From the NCBI GenBank assembly GCA_963806225.1, contig CAWDXG010000004.1, forward strand, positions 192,001 through 256,000: 64,000 bases of DNA, written 5' to 3'. The first letter of the stretch is position 1. Every line of letters starts with the position of its first letter. The translations under genes were made by a program, and so were the position numbers. Under the pieces are notes generated by a model. The model worked only from the letters and a program-made list of their open reading frames with translations, was not told where the DNA came from and searched no databases. Shown in pieces: positions 54,726-64,000 of this stretch. Source of the DNA: an uncultured delta proteobacterium (GTDB lineage: Bacteria; Myxococcota_A; Polyangia; Polyangiales; Polyangiaceae).

Positions 54726-55322
54726 CTAGCGCCGCGTGCCGTGCGGAAGGGGCAGCCGCAGGTGCTCGCCGGCGATCACCGTGCGCGAAGCGCCCAGTCC
54801 GGGGCCGGTCATGCGCGCGGAACCGTCCCGCATGTCGAGCAACAACTGGCTGGTCGTGGGATCCCAACCGACGTTGAAGCGAGCACCCGCCGCCTGGATC
54901 TCGTAGGGACCGAAATCGAACGTCCACTTGGTCCGCTCCGGGTGCAGCGACACAGCAGCGCGACCGCGCTCGAGCTGTACGTCGGCACCGTCGGGACCGA
55001 GCCGCGTGACACGCGCAAGCGCGCCCGGGCGGAGCAACATCGTCGTGCCGTCGGAGAACACGACCGGTTGGTCGGCGTTCGAGTCGGCGCGGATCCATGC
55101 GTTCTCGATGCCGGGCGTGCCATTTCCCACGCGGAACGATAGCGGCTCGCCCGTCCAGGGCCCGATGCGGATGGCAACCAGCGCGAGCACCGCGACGACA
55201 ATCGCCACCAGCAGCTCGGCGTGCCACGGTCCCCGGCGCGGCGCGTCGTACGGCTCGGGCGCCGGCACCACGTAGGGAGCCAGCTCGTCGCGGCGGGGGT
55301 CGTTGACGGAGTAGGGCTTCAT
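54726..55322 (-). CDS. FecR-like domain protein with single TM
   Basis: GGGGAGGAG RBS, TM helix, FSDGTTMLLRPG...VQLERG...AGARFNVGWD...RDGSARMTG. Confidence 0.78.
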   Translation of the reverse strand: MKPYSVNDPRRDELAPYVVPAPEPYDAPRRGPWHAELLVAIVVAVLALVAIRIGPWTGEPLSFRVGNGTPGIENAWIRADSNADQPVVFSDGTTMLLRPGALARVTRLGPDGADVQLERGRAAVSLHPERTKWTFDFGPYEIQAAGARFNVGWDPTTSQLLLDMRDGSARMTGPGLGASRTVIAGEHLRLPLPHGTRR

Positions 55323-55413
55323 TCGGCGCTCCTCCCCTATCCCGCGCGACCGGCGAACGCCAGTGCCGTGTCCCCGGCACCTGACACAGCGCATCCCGGC
55401 GCACCGGATCAGG

Positions 55414-55457
55414 CAATAATGTGGCAAAATGCCACATTATTGTGACATTTTGCCACA
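55414..55457. promoter_or_regulatory. Tandem pair of 17-bp palindromic operators
   Basis: TGTGGCAAAATGCCACA (55420-55436) and TGTGACATTTTGCCACA (55441-55457); the first extends to a perfect 13-bp-arm inverted repeat 55414-55442. Confidence 0.7.
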
Positions 55458-55469
55458 GATCCAGATGAC

Positions 55470-56834
55470 CTAGCTCTCCGCGGTGACTGGCGCGGGCTCC
55501 TCGGCCTGCACCGCGTCCTCGCGCTCGAAGCGGCGCGCGACACGCCAGAAGATCGCCACGACGGCCACCATGATCAGCGTCTGGATGCCGAAGTACATGC
55601 CGGGCTTGAGCGCCTTGTCATACAGGCCGTCGTACGGGAGCCCGAGTACGAGGTCGCCAACGAACACCGTGACCAGGAACGCGGCGGTCACCACCGACTT
55701 GGTGCCCGGCGCGGCGCGCTTGTAGGCGAACTCCAGGCCGACGACGCTGATGCAGAGCTCGGCCAGCGTGATGATGAGCGTCGCGATGAGAAGGAGCCAC
55801 ACCGTGACCTTCCCGGCGCCCGCGAGGAAGCCGGCAACGGACATCATGCCGGTGCAGCCAAGCACGATGAAGAAGCCGATCAGCATCTTCCTCGTGTCGG
55901 GCACTTCAACGCCACCGCGGCGGCGCTTCCAGACCTCCCAGATGGTGTTGAAGATCGGCGTCAGGAGCACGATCAGGATCGGGTTCAGACCCTGGATCTG
56001 GTCCGGCGTGACCTTGAACACGCCCGGGATGACCGTCAGATCGCAGTGGTCCTTGGCGAAGTAGATCCAGGTGGACGCTGCCTGGTCGTAGACGAACCAG
56101 AACACGGCGATCAGGGCGAAAATGCCGGCAATGCGTTTGAGGGTTACGCGCTCGAGCTGCTTCTGCTCCTGGGTCTTGGGCGGATGCTCGCGTACGTTCT
56201 CGACCGGATAGTGCCGCTTGCCGATGGCGAAGAAGACGAACGCCGCAGCCATCAGCGCAGCCGGGATCATCAGTGCCGGGCCGTAGCCCCACTTGTTGCG
56301 GACCAGCGGCAACGACAGCGTGGACAGAGCCGCGCCGATGTTGATGGCCGCGTAGAAGTAGCTGAAGGCCTCGGTGAGCAGGAAGCTCTTCTTCTGCTCC
56401 TCGTACATCTGGCCCATCAGCGTGCTGGTGTTGGGCTTGATGGAGCCGGAGCCGAGAGCCAGCAGGCCGAGCGCCACGAACATCGCCCAGCGCTCCTGGA
56501 TGCCGCCCAGGATGATATGCCCGGCGATGTACGGTACCGAGAAATAGAGGATGGTCTTGTAGCGACCGAGAAAGCGGTCGGCGAGCCAGCCGCCGAAGAT
56601 GGGTGCGATGTAGCAGGCGGCGATGAAGGCCTGCATGATCTGGGCGCCGCTCGCCTTCTCGTAGTGCAGGACGGTGAGCAGATACAGCGCCAGGATCGTC
56701 CGCATCCCGTAGAAGGACGAGCGCTCCGCCAGCTCTCCCCAGAAGACGAACCAGAAGCCTCTCGGATGTAGCTTGAAGCGCTGGAATGCGTTCAGGTTCT
56801 CGCCATCCGCGGGCAGTACAACATCGCTTCGCAC
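55470..56834 (-). CDS. POT/PTR family proton-dependent oligopeptide transporter (MFS)
   Basis: ELAERSSFYGM (ExxERFxYY-like), GGWLADRFLGR, GSGSIKPN, FYAAINIGA, NP, AELCISVVGLEF. Confidence 0.93.
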   Translation of the reverse strand: MRSDVVLPADGENLNAFQRFKLHPRGFWFVFWGELAERSSFYGMRTILALYLLTVLHYEKASGAQIMQAFIAACYIAPIFGGWLADRFLGRYKTILYFSVPYIAGHIILGGIQERWAMFVALGLLALGSGSIKPNTSTLMGQMYEEQKKSFLLTEAFSYFYAAINIGAALSTLSLPLVRNKWGYGPALMIPAALMAAAFVFFAIGKRHYPVENVREHPPKTQEQKQLERVTLKRIAGIFALIAVFWFVYDQAASTWIYFAKDHCDLTVIPGVFKVTPDQIQGLNPILIVLLTPIFNTIWEVWKRRRGGVEVPDTRKMLIGFFIVLGCTGMMSVAGFLAGAGKVTVWLLLIATLIITLAELCISVVGLEFAYKRAAPGTKSVVTAAFLVTVFVGDLVLGLPYDGLYDKALKPGMYFGIQTLIMVAVVAIFWRVARRFEREDAVQAEEPAPVTAES

Positions 56835-56923
56835 GGGTCCTCGTACATCACCGGCTTCGAATCGGCAACCGCCCCCCGGCCGCGGGCCCTGATTTCCAGC
56901 GACCGCCCCACAGGGCGCGCCGG

Positions 56924-57343
56924 CTACTTCTCGGCGGACAGAAGCTGGAATCGCACCTTCTGCTCGACGGGCTTCATCCCGCGGCGCGGCGGAGTCCTGT
57001 GCGTGTACTCCGCGACGAGCGTCTTCGTGGTCGCCGGAACGCGGAAGCCTACCCAGCCCTTGGTCTTGTCACCGTAGTCGAGCCACTTGCCGCGCAGCCC
57101 TGGCGAGCAGTCCGTGCCGCCGGTGCCCCGGCGCGAGTACGTGATGCCTTCGGTGTCCTTCGCCTTGAAGCGCGCACTCGCTTCGACGCCGTGTGGCTGG
57201 AACTCGCCCTCGAACACCACCAGCGCACCGACGAACTTCTCGTCGGGCTTGTTCGCGCCGGGGTTCTTGAAACGGCACTCCTTGACCTCGGTCACGGTCA
57301 TCTTCATGCCGTCGAGCTCTACCGCCTCGCCCACGGGGATCAC
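56924..57343 (-). CDS. DUF4352-like Ig-fold protein lacking an evident signal peptide
   Basis: VGEAVELDGMKMTVTEV...FKAKDTEGITY...GWVGFRVP; start uncertain. Confidence 0.55.
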   Translation of the reverse strand: MIPVGEAVELDGMKMTVTEVKECRFKNPGANKPDEKFVGALVVFEGEFQPHGVEASARFKAKDTEGITYSRRGTGGTDCSPGLRGKWLDYGDKTKGWVGFRVPATTKTLVAEYTHRTPPRRGMKPVEQKVRFQLLSAEK

Positions 57344-57424
57344 CTTGGACGGCGGCGGCTTGACCGTCTCGGCCGACGCGCAACCCGGGGCGGCGTCGGT
57401 CCGCCTGGATTTCCGGCCAGAACG

Positions 57425-57946
57425 CTATTCGCCGAACAGCTCGCCGTAGACCTCGCGCAGGATCGCCTGCGAGTCGTCGGATGGGATGCCAAGCGTAGCG
57501 GCGAAGGCTTCGATCGCGGCGGCCTCGGCGTGCGCTACGTGATCATCGACGAAAGCGACGCCGGCTGCCAGGCGGAAGGCGTAGGCCTTGCCGTCCTCGG
57601 TGGTGATGCGAGCTGCCACGTCGTCCAGACGGGCCTTCCAGCCGTCGCGTTCGAGAGTGGCGTTCAGCTCCTCGAGCAACGGCTCGAGCTTCAGCCCCTC
57701 CACGACGTGCATGTCCACGATGGCCTCGATGCTCGCCCGGAGTTGCTCCACCTCTTCCGGTGCGACCTCGCCATCCACGGCGGCCATCAGGAACATGGCC
57801 TCCAGCGTGGCCTTGAATTCGTCGGCCTGCTGCTTCTCGAGGTCGGACAGCGATCCGGGCGCGCTCAGGCTCTGGGCGAGTGCCTTCGCGGCCTTGGCTG
57901 CGGAAATGCCTGTGGCGAGCTTCTTGAGCCGGGCGTCGAGGACCAT
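57425..57946 (-). CDS. TerB (tellurite resistance) family protein
   Basis: AMFLMAAVDGEVAPEE...VAFVDDHVAHAEAAAIEAFAATLGI. Confidence 0.8.
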   Translation of the reverse strand: MVLDARLKKLATGISAAKAAKALAQSLSAPGSLSDLEKQQADEFKATLEAMFLMAAVDGEVAPEEVEQLRASIEAIVDMHVVEGLKLEPLLEELNATLERDGWKARLDDVAARITTEDGKAYAFRLAAGVAFVDDHVAHAEAAAIEAFAATLGIPSDDSQAILREVYGELFGE

Positions 57947-58010
57947 GTGCCGAGGGTACCCCCGCCGGGGTTCCCTCGCAGGCCAAATCGAGGCAGCATG
58001 CCGCACTGCC

Positions 58011-58703
58011 ATGTCCGACGAGAAGGAACACCACGGGCACACCACCGACAGCCACGACCACGACGCGGGAAGTACCGACGAGGGACTGCTGTTCCCGTTC
58101 CTCGTCGTGGCCGTCATCGCACTGGGGATCGGCTGGCTGACCCAGCCCGGCCCGGAGACCGCGGCCGCCGCGCCATTGGCGGAAACCGCGACGGTCACGC
58201 CTGTGCCGGCGGCGAGCGTGGCAGCGAAGCCGCCGGTGATGGCACCTCCCATCGCGACCCAGCCAGCGGCGCCGGAAGAGCCCGCAGCGCTCGAAGCGTC
58301 CGTGGCACCCGAAGCGTCCGCGGCACCCGAAGCCTCGGCCCTGCCGGAGCAGCCGGCTCCAGCGCCAGCCTCTGCCGAAGCGGCTCCTTCGGCCGCGCCG
58401 GCCGCCGCCGAGGCCCCGTCGGGCGGCGGAGGTGCCTTCGACCGCATTGCCGCGCTCACGGCGCTCGGCAAGAGCGCCCAGCGAGCCGGCCGCTGCCGCA
58501 GCGCGGGCGCTCCGGCAGGCAACGCGAAGGTGATCGTCGCTTTTGCGCCCGACGGCCATGTGTCCAGCGCGCGCATCCTGTCGCCGAAGTACGTCGGCAC
58601 GCCCACCGGCAACTGCGTCCTCGGCCAGATCAAGCAGACCAGCATCGCGCCCTTCGCCGGCGGCAAGCCCGCCACCGTCGTCACCGGCGTGCACCTCTAC
58701 TAG
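58011..58703 (+). CDS. Membrane-anchored Pro/Ala-rich protein with TonB-C-like C-terminal domain
   Basis: TM helix, PA-rich linker, AKVIVAFAPDGHVSSA...GTPTGNCV...PFAG. Confidence 0.65.
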   Translation: MSDEKEHHGHTTDSHDHDAGSTDEGLLFPFLVVAVIALGIGWLTQPGPETAAAAPLAETATVTPVPAASVAAKPPVMAPPIATQPAAPEEPAALEASVAPEASAAPEASALPEQPAPAPASAEAAPSAAPAAAEAPSGGGGAFDRIAALTALGKSAQRAGRCRSAGAPAGNAKVIVAFAPDGHVSSARILSPKYVGTPTGNCVLGQIKQTSIAPFAGGKPATVVTGVHLY

Positions 58704-59476
58704 CGCGCGGCAACTCCGGGAGCGCGGGCATCACCGCGCAGGAACAGCACGGAGCTCAGGCGCGCCAGCGCCGGGCGCGCGGCGCGCCTGAGTCGCTGTC
58801 CGAGCTGCTCGGTGAGCCGGTCGCGGGTCCTTGAACGCAGTCGCACCGACAGCGGCGCCCCGTGGGCATCGCCGGCGACAGCCAGCCGGGTCTGGCACAG
58901 CGCCTTGCCGCTCGCCACGTCGTGGATGACCAGCCAGGCCAGAATCCGCCCCGCGTCCCACTCGGCGTGCCGATGCCCGATGCGGTGGAAGCGCCGCGCG
59001 CGGGCGAAGTCGAGGATGTGGAAGACAGCGACGTAGCGCCGGGACGCGAGCCACTGGATAGCGTCGACGGCGGAGTCCTGCGAGCCGGAGTGATCGATAC
59101 CGACCAGCTCGGCTTCCAGAAGGCTCGGGTCGGGATCGACGAGATGACGCTTCACCGGGAGCGGGAGCACGCTCCGCCCCTGGTAGCGGGAGTCGCTGAC
59201 GGCGAGCGGCAGCTCGCGCTCGCCCTCCGGCAGCGCGTCGAGCTTCGCGTCCGGGCAGCGCCGCTCGCCGAGGTGCGCCGGCAGCGCGAAGCTGCGTGAG
59301 ATCTCGGTGCGCACCAGGGCGCGCGCTTCGGCGGCGCGGCTCAGCTCGCGGGAGAGCGCGGCGCTCGCGGTGGGTGCCGGCCGCGCGCCTGTCGGCCGGT
59401 AGGGTCGGCCGCGCTGGCAAGCGGCGAGGCTCACCGACACCGATGCCAGAATACACAGTGCAGACGCGGGGCGCAT
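58700..59476 (-). CDS. Hypothetical lipoprotein
   Basis: Lipobox LAAC after a hydrophobic stretch. Confidence 0.6.
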   Translation of the reverse strand: MRPASALCILASVSVSLAACQRGRPYRPTGARPAPTASAALSRELSRAAEARALVRTEISRSFALPAHLGERRCPDAKLDALPEGERELPLAVSDSRYQGRSVLPLPVKRHLVDPDPSLLEAELVGIDHSGSQDSAVDAIQWLASRRYVAVFHILDFARARRFHRIGHRHAEWDAGRILAWLVIHDVASGKALCQTRLAVAGDAHGAPLSVRLRSRTRDRLTEQLGQRLRRAARPALARLSSVLFLRGDARAPGVAAR

Positions 59477-59531
59477 GCTCCCAGAGAAGGCAGAGCCGCA
59501 CCGGGCGGGCCAACAATCCGGCGCCGCGGGC

Positions 59532-59936
59532 TCAGTGTTCCGCCTGGAGCAGCGCGATCACGTGGACGGAGACGGCCACAACGATCAACAGCGCCGTCGT
59601 CAGGTGGGCGCGGCGCTTCTTCGCGCGATCCCTGAGCTTCGGGCGTCGCAGCTGGAAGCCCAGACCCGTGTGCGCCACCAGCAGGAAGAACGCCGCTCCC
59701 GCGGCGCCGAGCGCGAGCATCCCGCCTCCCACCGCGCCGGGCGCCCCGAGCGCGGGGACAACCACCAGCGTGTGCACGAACGCGACGGTGCCCGTCGTCA
59801 GCCCGACCAGCACGTGGGTCCTCATGGGCTGCGACTCCGGCGCCGCGCGCTTGCCGTGCCGGAGCCGGACTACCAGCGGCACGAGCCCCGCGATCACGAT
59901 CAGCGCGGTTGCCAGCCAGCCGCTCCAGATGGCCAT
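59532..59936 (-). CDS. Small 4-TM membrane protein with intramembrane His residues (cytochrome b561-like, inferred)
   Basis: Four hydrophobic helices with His in THVLVG, FVH, AHLTT, SVH. Confidence 0.6.
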   Translation of the reverse strand: MAIWSGWLATALIVIAGLVPLVVRLRHGKRAAPESQPMRTHVLVGLTTGTVAFVHTLVVVPALGAPGAVGGGMLALGAAGAAFFLLVAHTGLGFQLRRPKLRDRAKKRRAHLTTALLIVVAVSVHVIALLQAEH

Positions 59937-59990
59937 GATGGCGGCGTTTTCGCACGAATAGGTGGGCCGGACCAGCCGACGGCCGCCGCC

Positions 59991-61157
59991 CTACCCTTCG
60001 GTGGGACTCTCCCCCGTAACCTCGCGCTCGTAGATGCGCAGGATCGCCTGGAACAGGGACATCAAGACCGGCCCGACGATCAGCCCGGCCAGACCGAAGA
60101 TCTCGATGCCGCCGAGCAGCGCGATCAGCATCAGGAAGGGCTGCTCCGCGCCGTGCCGACCGACCAGGCGGGGACGTACGACGTAGTCGGCGACGCCCAT
60201 CACGACCACCACGCCCCAGGCCAGCACGAAGATGCCCGAAGTGAAGGAGTCCATCGCGAGCAGGTAGCCGCCGACCGGCAACCAGATCAGCGCGGTGCCC
60301 ACGACAGGCAGGAAGGACGCGATCGCCGTGAGCAGCCCCCAGGTCGCGGCGTGCGGGACACCCGCTATCGCGAAACCCACGCCAGCGAACACGCCCTGGA
60401 CCACCGCGGTGGCGATCCCGCCGATGAGGGCCCCGCGCCCGACATCGCGGAACTCCTGCATCAGCGCCCGGGTGTGGTGGGGGTCGAGCGGTAGCACGCG
60501 CTCCAGCCGCACACTGATCTTCGGCCAGTGGAGCAGCACGTAGTACATCGCAAACAGGGCGATCACGAACGAGAGCAGCGCCGAAGTCGTCGTCTGCAGG
60601 ATGCTGCCGGCTGCATCGGCGAGATAACCGGATGCGCGCGTCGCCCACTCCTGCAGGTGGGTCACCAGGTCGTGGCGACTGACCCCGAACCGCGCCAGCA
60701 TGTGCGCGCCGCGCGCGCCGAGGTGAACGTTCGAGGTGATGCCCGGTGCGTGCTGCTTGAGCAGCGCGACCACCTCGAGGAAGCCGGTCACCAACACGTA
60801 GCCCATCGCTCCGACGCCGGCGGCGGTCAGGAGACCGACGACGATCGTGGTGAGCACGGCGGCCAGCACGTGGCGACTGCCGAGCCGCCGCGCCAGCCAG
60901 CTCTGCAGCGGCTGCGCCGAGAACGCCATCATCGCGCCGAGCATCAGCCCGACCCACAGCGGCGATGCGATCCACGCCACGGTCGCGAACGACACGACGG
61001 TGAGCACCCCGAGCGCGATGCGGCGGCCGCGGCGGACCTCGGGCTCGACAGGCTCGTCGCTCAGCTCGGGCAGATCACTGAAGCGCCGGAAGCGGGGACG
61101 TTGGGCGGCCCCGCGCTTCGAGCGCGGGCTGCGGCTGGACGGCGGCGGTTCGGCCAA
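59991..61157 (-). CDS. AI-2E family transporter
   Basis: TAVVQGVFAG, SFLPVVGTALIWLP, DYVVRPRLVG, LLGGIEIFGLAGLIVGP; start uncertain. Confidence 0.9.
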   Translation of the reverse strand: MAEPPPSSRSPRSKRGAAQRPRFRRFSDLPELSDEPVEPEVRRGRRIALGVLTVVSFATVAWIASPLWVGLMLGAMMAFSAQPLQSWLARRLGSRHVLAAVLTTIVVGLLTAAGVGAMGYVLVTGFLEVVALLKQHAPGITSNVHLGARGAHMLARFGVSRHDLVTHLQEWATRASGYLADAAGSILQTTTSALLSFVIALFAMYYVLLHWPKISVRLERVLPLDPHHTRALMQEFRDVGRGALIGGIATAVVQGVFAGVGFAIAGVPHAATWGLLTAIASFLPVVGTALIWLPVGGYLLAMDSFTSGIFVLAWGVVVVMGVADYVVRPRLVGRHGAEQPFLMLIALLGGIEIFGLAGLIVGPVLMSLFQAILRIYEREVTGESPTEG

Positions 61158-61293
61158 GACAGGCTCCGGGCGCGGAGTCTAGCAGCAGGGCGGCTGCTCG
61201 GTGGGACCGGGTGAGCGGACCGACCGTGCAGGTTGTCGCACTGCACGAGACCTGCATCTGCAGCGCAACTTCGCGGGAGGATTCGCCATATCG

Positions 61294-62367
61294 CTACGGG
61301 CGCTTCGCGCGGCGCACCGTCCCGTTGAGGTTGGTCCAGTACACGTACACCGCGTCGGTCGCGATGGCCGTCGGATGGTTTTCGCTGTTCGCGAGCAGCG
61401 TAGCGCCAGGCTGTCCGGTGAGAGCGGCTGCTATCCGGCCGTCGCCGTCGCCGGTGCCGAGGTCACCGACGTAGGCGCCCATCTTGTCCGCTGCCAGAAC
61501 CTGCGGGTCGACCAGGCCGGCGTAGCGCGAGTGTTCGCCGTTGCCGGCCACCTTGCCATCCCAGAGCTCCGTGCCCTTGAGCCAGTACAGCATGTCGCCG
61601 AGCGCCAACTGCGTCGCGTTGGCATCGACGTAGAGGCTCGTGCCGCCCCCCGAGAACGTGTAGGTCCCGAGGTTGGTGCCGTTGGCGACATAGACACCGC
61701 CCTCGTCCAGCGCGATGCCTTCAAGCTGCGGCAACGGCCCGGGCGCCAGCACCGATCGCTTGTTCGGCGCGAGCTTGGTGACACCGTCCACCTCCCCCGA
61801 CGAGTCCTTGCACGCGTAGGCCACGAGCGTGGAGTTCTGGGCCAAAAAGCCGTAGCCACCGGTACTGCAGGCAGTATTGTCGACCATCACGCTGAGCTTC
61901 TGCGTCGTCTTGTCGAAACGCAGGACAGGCTTCGCCGGATCGGTCGTCCCGAGATAGATCGCGTCGGCGTCGCCGACCATCTGCTTGACCTGACCGGAGA
62001 TCTGCAGATCCGGGATCAGCGTCTTGGCGACGCATCCGCCCTTCTTCGGGCCAGCGCGGAGCGCGGTCTTGGTGCCGCGCGCCACCCAGTAGGCGAGCGA
62101 GCTGTCCACGGAGAGCGGTCCTGGCTTGGCCTCGCCGGAATACAGTGTCTGCACACAGCCGCTGCCGCTGCAGCCGGCGTCGGCAACGCACTTGTAGTTA
62201 CCGCCACCGGCGCTGCCGCCGGTGCCGCTGCCGCCGGTGCCGCTGCCGCCGGTGCCGGCACTTCCCGAGCTGCCTCCGGCGCCCGGGGGCTGGACAACGG
62301 TTGACGACGAACAGCCAACGCCCATCGACAGCAGAAGACCGACCAAGACCAGAAGAAACGGGCGCAT
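61294..62367 (-). CDS. Lipoprotein with Gly-rich linker and beta-propeller-like repeats
   Basis: Lipobox GVGC; repeated LSVDSSLAYW / IALDEGGVY / IATDAVYVYW blades. Confidence 0.72.
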   Translation of the reverse strand: MRPFLLVLVGLLLSMGVGCSSSTVVQPPGAGGSSGSAGTGGSGTGGSGTGGSAGGGNYKCVADAGCSGSGCVQTLYSGEAKPGPLSVDSSLAYWVARGTKTALRAGPKKGGCVAKTLIPDLQISGQVKQMVGDADAIYLGTTDPAKPVLRFDKTTQKLSVMVDNTACSTGGYGFLAQNSTLVAYACKDSSGEVDGVTKLAPNKRSVLAPGPLPQLEGIALDEGGVYVANGTNLGTYTFSGGGTSLYVDANATQLALGDMLYWLKGTELWDGKVAGNGEHSRYAGLVDPQVLAADKMGAYVGDLGTGDGDGRIAAALTGQPGATLLANSENHPTAIATDAVYVYWTNLNGTVRRAKRP

Positions 62368-62562
62368 CCCCGAGCCTAGTCGCGGATTTCCCGCCCCGGC
62401 AACTGCTAGTGGGGAAAGATGGGCACGCCGGGATCCCGCGGCTTTTCCGCAGCTATGACTCCCATCATCCGGGCCGAGCGGGGGGGGCGCCGGGCGTCGC
62501 GGCGGCGTGATAGGACGGAACTCTGGCGCGCGGGCGCCTGGGCCCCGCCCGGAGGAGGACAC

Positions 62563-64000
62563 ATGACGGCTTCCCGGTTGCTGGTTTCCGCAATGATAGC
62601 CGCGCTTGCGGCCGAAGGTTGCTCGCTGATCACGAGCGTCGACCGCGGCAAGCTCAAGACCGATGCGGGGACAGCCGAGGCGGGAGGCGGCACGGCCGGC
62701 ACCGCTGGCTTCGGTGGCACTGCCGGCTTCGGTGGCACCGCCGGCGTGGGCGGCGTGGCGGGCACCGGCGGCGTGGCGGGCACCGGCGGCGTGGCGGGCA
62801 CCGGCGGCGTGGCGGGCACCGGCGGCGTGGCGGGCACCGGCGGTGTGGCGGGCACCGGCGGTGTGGCGGGCACCGGCGGTGTGGCGGGCACCGGCGGTGT
62901 GGCGGGCACCGGTGGCACTGCCGGCTCGGCTGGGACGGGCGGCAGCGCCGGCAGCGCCGGCAGCGCCGGAACGGGCGGCACCGCCGGCAGCGCCGGAACA
63001 GGTGGCATCGACGGCAGCGCCGGAACGGGCGGCACCGCCGGCAGCGCCGGAACAGGTGGCACCGCCGGCAGCGCCGGAACAGGTGGCGTCGACGGCGGCG
63101 CGGGAACAGGCGGCAGCGCCGGCTCGGCTGGGACAGGCGGCAGCGCCGGGACCGGTGGCACAGCTGGAACGGACGGCGGCGCGGGCGCCGGCGGAACCGA
63201 CGCCGGCGCACAGTGCACGCAGCCCAGCGACTGCCCCGATCCGGGCAACGAATGCCTCCAGCGAACCTGCACTTCCGGTGTCTGCGGCACCACGCCCGTC
63301 GCTTCCGGCACGGCCGTTGCGGCCCAGACCCCAGGCGACTGCCACGAGGTCCAGTGTGACGGCGCCGGCAGCACCGTCGACGCCATCGACAACAGCGATG
63401 TCCCCGTCGACAGCTACCAGTGCACCGACAACGTGTGCACCAACGGCACTCCGTCGAACCCGGCCACGGCCTCCGGAACGACCTGCAGCCAGAACGGCGG
63501 CGCCGTGTGCGACGGCGCGGGCGCCTGCGTGGAGTGCGTCAGCGGCAGCGACTGCACGAGCGGTGTCTGCACGACCAACACCTGTGCGGCGCCGCAGGTT
63601 GTGTCGACGAACCCGACCGACTCGGCTACCAACATCGCCGTTTCTTCGAGCATCGCCATCGAGTTCTCGGCGGCGATGGACGGCACCACGCTGACCGCGC
63701 AGACCGCCAGTGGCCCCTGCAGCGGAACCATCCGGCTGTCCGCCGACGGCTTCACCAGCTGCCTGGGCTTCGCTTCGGCAACGGCGACGCTGTCGGCCGG
63801 CAACACGGTCGCGACGGTCGTGCCCGCGCCCGCGCTGTCGTACAGCACGACGTACCGGATCCGCGTCACGACGGGCGCTCGCGACGCCGCCAGCGAGTAC
63901 CTCGCCGGCGACTTCACCACGGCCAGCGGTTTCACGACGGAAACAGCCCCGGCCGTGTGCGACGGGTCGGTCGTGATCAGCCAGATCTACGGCGCCGGAG
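62563..64000 (+). CDS. Large lipoprotein (3' truncated by window): Gly-rich repeat linker, Cys-rich domain, Ig-like domain, start of a lamin-tail-like domain
   Basis: Not in the ORF track (no stop in window). GGAGGAGG RBS, MTASRLLVSAMIAALAAEGC, PQVVSTNPTDSATNIAVSSSIAIEFSAAMD...LSYSTTYRIRVT, VVISQIYGAG. Confidence 0.82.
   Translation, partial: MTASRLLVSAMIAALAAEGCSLITSVDRGKLKTDAGTAEAGGGTAGTAGFGGTAGFGGTAGVGGVAGTGGVAGTGGVAGTGGVAGTGGVAGTGGVAGTGGVAGTGGVAGTGGVAGTGGTAGSAGTGGSAGSAGSAGTGGTAGSAGTGGIDGSAGTGGTAGSAGTGGTAGSAGTGGVDGGAGTGGSAGSAGTGGSAGTGGTAGTDGGAGAGGTDAGAQCTQPSDCPDPGNECLQRTCTSGVCGTTPVASGTAVAAQTPGDCHEVQCDGAGSTVDAIDNSDVPVDSYQCTDNVCTNGTPSNPATASGTTCSQNGGAVCDGAGACVECVSGSDCTSGVCTTNTCAAPQVVSTNPTDSATNIAVSSSIAIEFSAAMDGTTLTAQTASGPCSGTIRLSADGFTSCLGFASATATLSAGNTVATVVPAPALSYSTTYRIRVTTGARDAASEYLAGDFTTASGFTTETAPAVCDGSVVISQIYGAG
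62749..62910 (+). repeat. 18-bp coding tandem repeat (GGVAGT) x9
   Basis: ggcggcgtggcgggcacc x5 then ggcggtgtggcgggcacc x4. Confidence 0.95.

Noticed and set aside
57425..57427. Pyrrolysine or other TAG recoding
   Set aside because: No pyl genes or suppressor tRNA in the window, and TAG is used as a normal stop by many genes here.
62406..63392. Pro-rich minus-strand ORFs (also 41647..42954 and many long Arg/Ala-rich ORFs)
   Set aside because: Antisense or alternate-frame shadows of real high-GC genes.

Overview
High-GC bacterial chromosome segment with the hallmarks of a myxobacterium (Polyangiaceae-like): Gly-rich-linker lipoproteins, MYXO-CTERM-like tails, Ser/Thr kinase-PEGA-Cys-rich operon. 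About 52 CDS, including uvrA (3' part), trpS, rdgB, glnS-YqeY, kup, a SWIM-SNF2 helicase, a SUV3-like helicase, lipid enzymes and many secreted proteins. No rRNA, tRNA, CRISPR array or mobile element was seen. The most striking element is an intact, translationally coupled gatE-gatD pair (Glu-tRNA(Gln) amidotransferase, classically archaea-specific) about 3.3 kb downstream of a genuine glutaminyl-tRNA synthetase that should make it redundant. Also seen: a cluster of FadR-type operators, a tandem palindromic operator pair upstream of a FecR-like gene, three single-base +1 frameshifts (two in the same GGACGTTC context, probably sequencing errors), and structured coding tandem repeats. All calls come from motif recognition by eye; no database search was run.
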